Part shown: positions 25,801 to 38,400 of the stretch, piece after piece
Layout: every line of letters starts with the position of its first letter
Position numbering within the stretch: position 1 is the first letter of the stretch
Source: Tubulanus polymorphus
Lineage: Eukaryota; Animalia; Nemertea
Direction of reading: 5' to 3'
Length of the DNA stretch: 64,000 nt
Assembly: GCF_964204645.1 (NCBI RefSeq)
Contig: NC_134035.1
Location: forward strand, 8,960,451-9,024,450
The notes under the pieces: generated by a model
Told to the model about the DNA's origin: nothing
What the model saw: only the letters and a program-made list of their open reading frames with translations
Databases searched by the model: none
Made by a program: the position numbers and the translations under genes

Positions 25801-28800
25801 GGTACATAATCATTGATACCGGTACATTGTCATCAATGCAGGTACAGTATCACTGATACCAGTGCTTTATCATCAATGCAGGTAAAGTATCACTGATACC
25901 AGTGCTTTATCATCAATGCAGGTACAGTATCACTGATACCAGTGCTTTATCATCAATGCAGGTACAGTATCACTGATACCAGTGCTTTATCATCAATGCA
26001 GATACAGTATCACTGATACCAGTGCTTTATCATCAATGCAGATACAGTATCACTGATACCAGTGCTTTATCATCAATGCAGGTACTCGATTTTTATCGCT
26101 AGTTTATCGTCGATTCCGGTACTTTATCATCGATACGTATGATAATCATTAAATCACTTACACTACAGAGCGGATCCAATATTTCACGTATTGGATATTG
26201 GTATAAGTAGTAAGCGGGGACTGTCGTGTCAATTTATCCGGCGTTCGCTGCGTCTTTGATGATTGGTAATTGACCGTGAATCGTCGTTCTAGTATGACAT
26301 AAATCATTGATACCATAAACTGACAGATGGTGGTTTTACATCAGCCACCCACCACAGCAGCAGCAGCAGCAGCAGTAGCAGCGGTCACAAGTGAGTCGTA
26401 AGCCTCGATCACACGAGCATTTTTGGCCCGTGCCAAATGAGGCCCGGAAAAACTCTTCACACAGGTGCCAAATAGGACCGTGCCTATTTGACCTGAACCA
26501 AAGGGTCAAATAGGGTTAAATTATTGCATTTAGGGTTAAATTATTGCATGTGAATTGCAACTGGTTCCAGAAGTGACTCACTTCGCTTTGGTTTACATGT
26601 GAACGCGCTCTCTAATAAGGCACGGGCCAAATTTGACTCGGGCCTGATCTGTGTCAATTTGGCCCGGGGCCAAATCGTCTCTGTGCAATCGAGGCTGTAG
26701 AAGATCTAAAACCGATGTCATCACTGATGGTCTAAAAATGAAATGAACTATACTGAGGAATAAAATATGCAGCCTGTTAAAAGAGATGCCTCATAAAACG
26801 TAGCGAACTTTATATGACTGCGGTGAATACCTGATAACAAAATACGACGACCACAAATGGCATTCGTGAAGTGCTGTTTCGAGTAAACGAATGGTCGCAC
26901 AGCCGCGGGGATTCAGTAACATTCTAACGGAATATATCAAACCGCTAGTACGCACGCAGGTCATATTTCAAAATGGCCGCACTTATATCACTCTTACTGC
27001 GTAACTCGCGAAAGTGCTTTTCGTCGTCGGTGAACGTTTTCAACGGCCGTTAAAACAGTCGCGATTACGTCGGTGATATCTACAAGTTTGCGTCATCGGT
27101 CGGCGGAGTCGCGTTCCGTTCGACGTTCGGAAATCAGTCGAACGCGTAACGACAGTTTGCTCTACAGGGGCGCGAAATCAGCGGTCCCTCGACGCTGACG
27201 AGCGTTACAAGCCGGTAATCAGCGCCGTCAAAACATCAGTTTTGTCGAATAAAAATTTCATCGCGAGTCGGAAGATTGATTGTCTGAGTGAAAACATGTT
27301 TGAACTTCGTATTAGGCGTAAAGTAGAACACTTTGAAAGTTAATCTTAGGTAGAGAGTCTAGATAATTCAAAATCCATAGAAGCAAAAACAGTACAAATC
27401 TCATTTTCTAATGAGTAATATATATTTATTAAGCGAACGTTTCCGGGTGTTACATTATCCCCTCTTCAGGCATAGCGCAAGTGATTAAATTTACATACTG
27501 GTATTTATTTAGAATAAGACGAAGCTAATTGTAAACAATTTCAAATTACTGAGTGACAAGATAATTATAATACAAAGATAGTTAATTACACACAACCTAA
27601 ATTACTGAGTGAAGATATTTGACTAGTAGTTAATTATCTGAAAGTTATATTCGACTGTTAATACGGGGGGGTGTAGTCGTGCATCGCAAAGAATGGACCC
27701 AGTGTGCCATCTAGCGGCGGAACTAGACACTAAAAACATTGTGTTTCAGTGACATGACCATGACCTTATAACTGAGGAACAGGGTCGAAATTCGAAAAGT
27801 TGTCTTCGAAATTTAGCTAGTGACCCTAGATACGACAAATGCAAAATGCAATGGGGACTAGCAAGGCAATTTCGCAGTTTTGAGTCTGAACTGGAGTACC
27901 GTTGGCGCCTATGGCTTGTTTCATTTATAGCCACGATCGCATGAGCACTTTTTACCTGTGCTAGTCATTTGTACTGGTGCCTAATGGATCTGTAACTGTT
28001 TGACACGGGCCAGATTTTGGCATAGGTCAAGGGAAGTAACTCACCTTGCATGCCACTGCATTGTTTTAATTTAGTATCGAGTGAGTGATGAATGCCCTCT
28101 CATTCTTATTAGGCTCAGACCACATTTGACTCGGGCCTGGCCCCGGTCTCCGTGTGATTGCAGCTTTTGATTTCTGAACCGTCAGATTCAAACTGTAACC
28201 GCCGAAACTGAGCCGCACAAGGTGTACGCCTACCCGGGAAAATTTCTTTTCTTTAACAAAGTCAGGGAATAGTCTGGCAACAAAGGGAAAAAAGTCAGAG
28301 AAATATGTCGAGATTGCTAGATCAACGGTTTCTGTGTATGTTTCATGTATTTGACAGCGTTAATTGATTGGATTCTTAGCAGATCAAGTCAGGGAAAATA
28401 ACGTGCACGTCATCGGGGAATAGTCAGAGAAAAAGCAAGTCACATAAAAGTGGCCACCCTGTCGTAGATATTTACCGTCCAGTGTTTCCCGTAATACCGG
28501 TATGTTATAACGGCTTATTTCGAGTACGAAGTTACTGATTGAGCGATGGTGAATATTTATAGCGAATACTCTCGTTATAAATCACGTTTTAAGCGTCGCT
28601 CGGTCGGCAAAGTAGAAACCGATCGATCGCGCGCGCGCAGCTTTGATTTTCTTTTTCGTTTAGATAACGCGCGCCGTCGTCGTCTGTTCTCCGGCGTAAT
28701 TGAATCGATGCGGATCTCTTTGAACGCCGACGCGCGCGAATAGTAAACGAGAAAAATCTACATTCGGTTATGAGGTCGTATTTTATCCCGTTGTCTACGG

Positions 28801-29425
28801 GAAAACTGCAGTCTAATCGCTGTCACATCTTCCCCGTTTACCACGCATAGACGCGAACGGGAGTTTGAAGATTATTCAATTGAACGGTATTGCATTCTGA
28901 AAACGTTATATTCAATTTCGGTCGAATTTCGTAATCCTAATTACACTGACTTCTCTATGAGCTTTATTATAACATTTTCCAGAAGCGACGTTTTTTCTAG
29001 AGGAACAAACATGAGAACTATTGACCAAAGAACTCAATCACCAGAATTTTAACCCGACCTTGCATTGAGACCTGTGAAAGACTGACCGATTGCTACCACC
29101 AACTGTTCAAACCCATAAACCCTGGATTGATAAGCGACCAGTACTGGAAAGGCTTACTGACCGATACCACCAGGATTCAGATTTACATGAACCTCAGATT
29201 GACCCATAGGTTAATAAGATCAGTACGTAAAAGATTGATGCGCCTTCATTGACTTTGCGGCCTTAAGTGTCGGTACTAATTTCAAATGTCACAATTCCCG
29301 GTTAGATTACTATTTACTAAAAGCCTTTTCCCCGTTTAATTTCATTGAAAGCTTCGCAGATTGAAATCACCTAGGAGGAGTTAACTCTGAATCCTAACAG
29401 ACAGGCAGATCAGGACATGGTGTTC

Positions 29426-29474
<49 letters not shown>

Positions 29475-32400
29475 GGTAGACCAGGATGGGGTATTCTGTC
29501 AAACAGACAGACACACCAGGAGGGTATTCTGACAGACAGACAGACCAGGACGGGGTGTTCTGTCAAACAGACAGACCAGGACAAGGTGTTCTAACAGACA
29601 TACAGACAGAGGACAGGGTGTTCTGTCAAACAGAGAGACAGACCAGAATGGGATATTCTGTCAAACAGACAGACGGACAGACATGCCAGGAGGGGGTGTT
29701 CTGACAGACAGACCGACCAGAACGGGCGTGTCCACGCAGTTCATCGTTTAAGAGCTAATGACGGATGAAATTGCGAAATGAATGTGACAATTGAATGTCG
29801 ATCACGACGGGAAAGGTCGACGGTTTCCGGAGACGCGGTAATGGTTATAGATAATGATAAGGTGTCTGGTGATGATCGATATTGCAGTAATTCACGTGAA
29901 TGCCCAGGTGAAGTAGTTCGTCGTTATTTACAAATTGCGACCAGCTCATCGGTGACGGGGGTCGCGCGCGCTCGCCGTGTTCTTCTATACATCGTCGCGC
30001 GGTGATAATTTTCGGGATGATCGCTCAACCTGAAATTCGGATTAGAAATCTCGATAACGGGAGTATTCGCGGAGTATTGGCAGAGTATTCCCGGAGGGCT
30101 TCGATATTGATACTCTTATTATATTCACGTTGTTGAGTCGAGGCAGTCACTCGTTATATCAATATATGAGTTATGTATTAACCCTCTGAGTTTTAACCCT
30201 CGTGTCAATCGCTGTATTCGTATTGTATTTCACCATCCTCCCGATTCGAACCTGATAGCGTTGTCACACTCAGCCACGGCACGAAACCCTGCCACACTAG
30301 ACCGGTCGCGCAGGTTTACCACGCGAAAACTTGCGGCACCAATCAGATTGTTGTATAAGCGCCGAGGTAAATTTCACGGAAGTACTATAAATGGAAAAAC
30401 CCGGGCTAGAATAAAACAGATTATCTGATTGGCTACTAATGACATCATCTAAGCTGTACATAGAGCTGCGCACTAGGTCTAATGTGGCAGGGTTTCGTAC
30501 TCGATGCCATCAGGTTAGAATCCCTGCCCTGGTTTAATAGCCTCCCCACCGAAGCTCAAGCAAACACAAACCCTGGCCGCAGACCCTTCGTTGGTCTATT
30601 ACTTATTAAGACGTCTTCGTGCCTTGTGACACATTCACTCGAGCTCCCTCCGGTCTATCTACGACGCCCAAGATATCTTGAGGGGACAGGTTGCTGCTCA
30701 GCGGCCACCGGTCTTTATATCTAGCCAATCAGATGTTTTGTATTGCTAAAGCGAATCTGCCGGTGAAAAACAACGCATCTGATTGGTTCAAAACATAGAC
30801 TGGTGGTTAAGAAATCTTGGGCGATGTAATAGATCGATGAAGGGTTTGCGTTGGCACACGCTTTGGCGGGAGGCAATCAGACCCTGGCAAGCGAGGATGG
30901 TATTTTGTTAGTAATTCGTCATTACTGGCGTTGGTATTGTGCCAAGAGGGTAAGAATGAAGAACCTCTTTACGATAAGGCTGTTAGTAAAAATAAATGCT
31001 TAGAACTCACATGTATGATTTTATCTTATTCTGGGGTTACGACTGAGATAAGATCTATCTATAATTTCACAAAAACTCTGTCTTAATTCTAGACTCCAAT
31101 ATCTTCATGATAGGCTCAATATTGATAGCTCGATATGAATTTTAGTTTCTAGTTTTATCTTGATGCTTAGACTGAAACTAGGCCAACATGTAATATCATT
31201 TTCTGCATTCGTTCAGATCACTCTGCAATTCGGCCTTGATTCTGGACTTCCGATATCGTGACTGAAACTAGCTTCTCCATGATTGGGTCAATTAGCTCGA
31301 TATGATTATATTTCTTTATTCATCTCCTATTTTATATTGTAGCAAATGATCTTTTATAAATACATAGATTATTATATAAAAAGGGGAAATAACAATGCGC
31401 CAGCCAGGAGGCTGATCTCGATGAGTGGCAGATACATTACCATAAAAAATGATATGAATTAGTCTCTATTCATTAAGGAAACGTTTTATCTCGATGGTTA
31501 GATAAGCTACATGTAATATCATTTCGTGTACCGGCATTCAGGAATGCTGTAGTTGATTGTTTCGATGTATATATCAGATATTAGACGCATTCTTTGTTGA
31601 TGCGCGATCAGTGCGGCGACAGAATCCATTAAACGGTGGTCTTTCTGCGTTTGTCAGATCTCTCTCTCCGATCTCCCCCTCTCTCTCTCACTAATCCTGT
31701 AACTGCCGCCAGTCAATGACTGGTGTAAGTCCTGCTTTGTAACGATCACCACAATGAGTCTTACAGTCACTGCCGAATGCTGTTCGCAGCTGTAACCCGT
31801 AAATCCGCTCTACGAGGTTCACACGACGGACACCTGGTCATCGATTCTAATGTTGCCAGTAAAAAAAAACACGATTCTCTCAACGGCAGAAAAAACTACT
31901 CGCAGTTCATCAATTGCAAGTTGGTGTTACGCGAGGTGTAGTGATTTTATTGATGTGTGTGTGGGGGGGGATTGTCTGAGTTATCTCGTGTAGATTCCGG
32001 CTTCGAGGAAATGGCCTGTCTCTTATAACCTATATTGATAGTTTTCTGGCGCGACGCCGCGTCCTACGTCGGGAATTATCTTCGTGCGAACGTGTCTCGG
32101 GGTATTTCGTATTTTCGTCGTCTGCCTCGTGTAGCCGTTTATAACGCGTGATTACGGATCGACTGAGTTCAGTACTCGCGTAATCGGTTTCGTCCGCCGG
32201 GAAGAAAGATCATTCGGTCAGTCTGATGAGTTGAACAATAGGTAATCTCAAGATGTTTATGAGGATGTTTACCACAGCCACGATCACACAGAGATGAATT
32301 TGGCCCGGGCCAAAAACGGATCTAATTTGACGTGGATAGAATTTGTCAAATTCATCAAATCCTGTTTTATTTTAGCCCGGGTTTTCCCATTTATAGTTCT

Positions 32401-35400
32401 TCCGTGAAATTGACTTTAGCGATTATACAACGAAAAATCTGATTGGTGCTGAAAGTTTTCGTGCGGCAAAGCTGCGCATGTACCTGCTCACCCGGTCTAG
32501 TGCGGCAGGGGTTCGTGCCGTGGCTGAGTGTAGCGATGCCATCAGGTTCGAATCCCTGCCGTGGGAGGATGGCAAACCACTCACACGATACTAAACTATG
32601 TGTTGAATAGCTAAAAATCAGGGAAAGTAAGATCAAGCACAAAATCAAAAAGTTTCTGTCTATGTTTTAAGCTTAGTTTATTTAAGAAGAGTTTTACGTC
32701 CCAACTGCAAGTAACAGTGTAACCCTAGTGGGTCATTAGAGACAGCCAGGGCCTTTTAATAGGTTGTTATGGCTCTCAACCTGACTAAATTAGCAGGGCT
32801 CAGTCCATGCATGGACTTTCGTTTTAGAGTCCATGGTCCATGCATGTGTTTTGACAGCCAACGCCAGAGGCGGTTCCGAACCATGAACCTCTTGGTTCCC
32901 AGTCCTCCACTCTACCAACTGAGCTACCTTGCACAGGACTTTAAGTATTTGACTGTGTTAATTGATTGGTTTCTAAGCAGATCAAGTCAGGGAAAACATT
33001 GTGCATGTTAGGAAATAGTATGTAGTCTGTGAAGAGTAAGGCAAAAGAGAAATCATAAGTGGCCACCCCGGTTAACATCCTATAAACCCCAATCTATTGG
33101 GAAAGCAACGCGTTAAACATCACTCAGGCTATAACGAGTATTCCCGCGCTATGCGAAAATGTCAATTTTTAACGGCCGTGACTTTACGAAATTCAATTGA
33201 AACATAGTCATTTGTAACGTCAACGATGTCACGTGAAATGCGATTATTCCGCCGCGTTCGAACTGCCGCGCCGCGTCGAGATACCGCACTGTTTACTTGT
33301 TATTTCGGTAAATGACGGTAATTTCATCGTCGTAGCTGTCATGATCGTCGCGGTTAATGATAATGCGCTTTTGCTTTTCGTTTCAGAAATCTTTTGTCGC
33401 TTTTACGATCGATGTTTCGTGAAAATGTGAAAATGTCGTCGTATCCTGATATACTGACATTAATTTCATCGCGTGGTAGAAGTTCATTTCTGCGCGGGCT
33501 GTTAACCCTTTCAGTGCTGGCTAATCAATACCCTATAGTGCTGAAGATAATTTGAAAATTCTGAAAAATTCCACCCTAGTGTGCTGAATAACGGGAATAA
33601 CACTAAAGTGCGTCTACACCGTGGCGCGGTGTATCGTTTGTTACTAATATTTCACTATGTTTGACAGGTGCTGCCATCTTTCAAGAGAGATAATTACGGT
33701 ACTAATTACATCAATACACCGCAGTGCGGTGTACTAGCAAAATCCATCACTGGTTCATACACAGCACTGCGGTGTAGAGGCACTGAAAGGGTTAATCTTA
33801 CCGCGGAAGTATTTTTAGTTTATACCTGCATGGTCTAACCGATGAAAATAAAGGCTTCACTTTGCGTTAATATTGGTTCGACTGGCCGCTGACCTGGAAA
33901 ACCTGGAAAACTTGGGGAATCAGCAAAAAACACAGGGAAAACTCGTGGAATTTGACAGATTTTACCAAAACCTGGAAAACTCAGGGAATTCAGATAATGC
34001 TATTTGACCACGTGTTGCTTTGTCAATACGTGTTTCGATGATAAATTAATGAAATGTAACATTTTAAACCTATGAATTTCTCTGATTTTAAACCTAGAAA
34101 TTCCACACGTAGTTTTGTGTAATCACACGGAAAAATCAGGGAAAACTCTGGTGGATTTGTAAATCGGCGTAAAGTGGTCGTCTTGTGAGTCAATTTCTAT
34201 TGCAGCTGTAGAACCAGGTGCAGGAACCAGTTAGACATTTCGCCTTTGAAATTTGATGGGTTGCAAGGACGGACCCATCGTTTCAGGGGCGGGGGGATTC
34301 ATGAGGTAAAAAGGGTACATTTCACCGTTTATTATATGATTGATAATCGTATCTATAACAATATGCGGATGGAGGCCAGTCGGTGTTCCATTTCTGAATT
34401 ATCCCCCTCCCCCTAAAAAAGACTCACTCAGGCCTGATGAGAACCTAATAACAACGGTGAAAAGATATTTACTGCATTTTTTGCGGTTTTATTGTCCCAG
34501 CCATAAAAAATGGTGACTTGAAAGTTTTAAGGAGTTTCCTGATGCGCTGAACGCCCTTTAGAAATTCATCGCTGGGTTGAAACATCGAAAATGAAGAAAT
34601 TTCAACTCATAAGAGTCACTGTGGGGAATCCATATTCAATAAGGAATTACTCGGTTTCCTGTGACAATCAGAAACCTGTTATGTAAACTACCGGGAAGGT
34701 ATTGACTGTTATTCTAACTCGCGCGCTATTTTAATTAAGACTAGTCTGAGAGAGAGCGCGGGGCGAGGGCGGCGAGTCAAATAGAAGTCAGGAGGCAAAT
34801 CTGATTATTCCGCTGACTGCGTCTGATGATACTCATGCATATTAGGCTAATTAGGTATAGCTCACCTCTCTACACCCACTGTTACCGTCTGATAATGAAA
34901 CCGCGGGGCGAGATTCTTGATGAATTAGTCATAGATATATTATGAGATTCTTACAGCGAGAAATGACGATATTCGAGACGTCGAGCAGCGTGCGAATGAT
35001 GCGATCAGAATTCAAGACGTTTCGACATAACTCGCTGGTTGAAATCAACTTCAAGATGATGAAGAAAGTTCACGTATCCGTGCGATGTCTCGCGGTGAAG
35101 TATTTAGCGATGCTGCCATCTTTTGGTATCGATTCGAAGATCGAATTATTACAATTCGATTCAATTCTTAGTTGATCTTTATGATACAAATGACGTATCA
35201 GATTACCAATTTCAATACAAACACACTGAGTAAAATTATTATTACAGATTATTTCAAATGACCCGCGATCACCCGAGCATTTTTGGCTCTGAACACGAGT
35301 GCCAAATGGGCCAAATTTGGCCTGACCAAAGACGTTGGACCAGGCCCGAGCCAAATTTTAGCAGGAGACAAATGATTGCAACCGGTACCGGAAATGACTT

Positions 35401-38400
35401 GCATCAATTTGTTTAAGCATTGTTTAGTATGGAATGAATGGTTTACGTGTGAACGCGCTCTCTAATTAGGCACGGGCCAAATTTGGCTCGAGTCTGATCC
35501 GTGCCAATCTGGCCCGGGCCAAATCGTCTCCGTGTGATCGCGGCTAATGTCTATTTCAACTTGACCCGAGAGCACCTCGCGCGGCCCACACTGGTCCCCG
35601 AAAGACCGGATTAGAGGTTACATATCGCAGGTTATATTTATTATATATTGTTAATGCCAGTTGTATTTCTATTCATTAATAACAAGGACAGCAGAGCTGA
35701 GTTCATTCAGGTAGGAGCTCACTATAATTAGTCAAATCACAGAGTGTCACTCTTATTGGTACTAATGAGATTAGTAGTAATTAACTACTCTTCAATAGTG
35801 AGTCAATTGCGTTTATAGTAATAACTGTAGATTTAGATGTGTTTAGACATGACGAATTCAATGAAATGTAATTAACCTCATTGTCTGTTTTATTGATAGT
35901 TTGATACTAAAGTTAGAGGTTTTTCATGCGAACAGTTGGAATTTGACTGCGAAGCAAAAACATTGAAACATCGCTAGGTACAAACATTGAAACATCGCTA
36001 CAAATCTATGTTTGCAATCTCAGGAGCTGTTATTACAGAGACCTTGTCGTCTTGACTTGACTTTTACAGTGTTTGTGGGGCCCGTTCGTCGGTCTATATG
36101 ACACTAGTGGCTGCATGCCTGGCGGCAAACAAGGTCTCTGAACAACCTAAACATTTTGGCAGGCTGGGGAGTAGACCTCAGGCCGGTCTTCTCATTGTTT
36201 GTCCTGGCGATTCTTGAAGAATTTGAGGCTGGGCGCAGAGACTACACTGCTTGGCACGCCATTCCAACTGTTGAGTACTCTATTTGAGAAATAGTTGGCT
36301 CTGACATCCAGTTGAAATTGGACCATCTGCAGCTTCTTGGTGTTGCCAACTTGTGGTGCCTGTTTCAACGGACAGGAGTTTGGGACTGTCCACCTTATAG
36401 AAGCCATACAGATACTTATAGACCTCGATCTTGTCCACTCGATTGCGTCTGAGCTCTGGAGATGGTCTAGGCGTCATCGGCAGTTAGTTCAAACCGTGAT
36501 GAATTCTTTGGTGAAATGCCAAAATAGATGATCTGCGATGATATTCTCTCTCATTAAATGTTGGATATATATTTTTGACCCAGATCGTCGCTGTCGCTGT
36601 CACCGTGTGTGCACGCGCGGCGCGATATGCAAACAGTATTCTGTATAATAGACTGCGAAGAACATCTGTTTCTGCCGTAGAATTTCTAATCAATTCCCGA
36701 CTGCTACGTTTATTACAGCGCTGTCAACTGGATATTTTGTTATCATCATCATTATAAAACGGGTAGGTCTCTGTCGGGTGCGGTCCCGAAATCAGAAAAT
36801 TTCGCCGTCACTGTTTTCTATTTCGCGATGTGGAGAGCCTGTATTTGATCAGCGCGATTAACCAATAATGGCCTGTGACATACTGAACGTGTGACAATGT
36901 AGTACGTGTATATATGTTTATAATCCGTATACCTGTGATTAAACTATATATGTGTCACATGTACAGTCCTGTTCATATTCATTCAGTACACGCGCTATAT
37001 ACCTTACTACTATAAACCCCGTGATTTGTAAGCACGCACGTTTATTGTAAGAAATCGGGAAGTCTTTCAAGTGAATCGAGGTCTTCGTTTAATTTAAACG
37101 AAACTTGTTCCGGTCTTCGGATACAATAGCATTTTTGCATAGCCGGATTTCCGTCGTCGTCGTCGTAGTAAAGTCTGTCGGTAAGAGGTTTGTACGATGA
37201 TTGCTAAGATGGGATCGTTTTGGTTAAGATTGAGTTCGTTCGCCGAAGAGTAGTTCTTATACGGCCTCGAAGGCTCTTAAGTTATATACGTATCTTTTCA
37301 GTGCATAGGAATACATACCCGTATATATATAAATTATTTCATAAACAATTTTTATCGTCATATTCAGGGTGGCCACTTACCTGGAATTCAGGGAATCAGG
37401 GAAAGTCAGGGAATTTTGTTTAAAAAAAAGCTAAAAATCAGGATAAGTCGGGGAAAATATGCAGAGATTGCTAGATCGCGTTTGAAATCAGTCTCCGTAC
37501 ATGTCTCAAATATTTTGACCGTGTTAATTGATTGGATTCATAGCGGATTGAGTCAGAGAAAACAACATGCAGGTCACGGAATAGTCGGGGAAGATGCAAG
37601 CGAAATGAAACTGGCCACCCTGGATCGTTTAAGTGTCGGTTGTTATGAATTATTCGATGCCTGCTAAATATAACTTAGCTTTGCAGCGATTTTAAAAAAC
37701 GCTTGTATCTCATGAGTCAATCTGAGTTGAGAACAGTCTGTTATAATGAGTTGTAAAATCATTGAGTTTAGTATCGATAAACTGTTACAGGAAAACAATA
37801 GAGCTAATCTCTCTTCAGAGTTCCCCGATTCGATTGTTCAACGATAATTGGTTCAATTGGGTTTCGTAAATAAAAAACTTTCCTTTGTGCCATGCGGGGA
37901 ATGTTTGAACACTGCAGGTCAAGTCGTTCGATTACGAATGCAAATTTAATTGCTGCGATGAATATATATTTACAAGAGAGGGAATGGGGAGTGAGGGGAG
38001 GTGGGGGTAGAGAATAGGAGATTATGAGCTGGGGGAGAAGGGGAGCTGGGGATAGACAGTATAGGGGAGGAGAGCTGGAAGGAGACAGAGAGAGAGATGG
38101 CATAGAGGGATTGATAGTGGCAGTAAAATTTGGAATGGGATTCAAAGGTGTATTACAACCATTGATAAAACATTATATCAGAGTTAAGATCATGATATGT
38201 AGAGAATCGAACAATGATAACGACAAAATTATACCAAGTCCAAAAATGTTTCCTTGAGCTAGAAGTTTATTCAAATATATTCTAACAGTCATTTTCAGGA
38301 ATCAATACAATCATCATTCCTGAAGTTGACTATTAGAATATAGTTGGAATATAGTATACTAGCTCAAGGAAACATTTTCGGAAACATTATTTATTCATCA

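Noticed and set aside
32860-32935. tRNA gene
   Set aside because: Only A/B boxes without a good cloverleaf; followed by a SINE body and tail with TSD.
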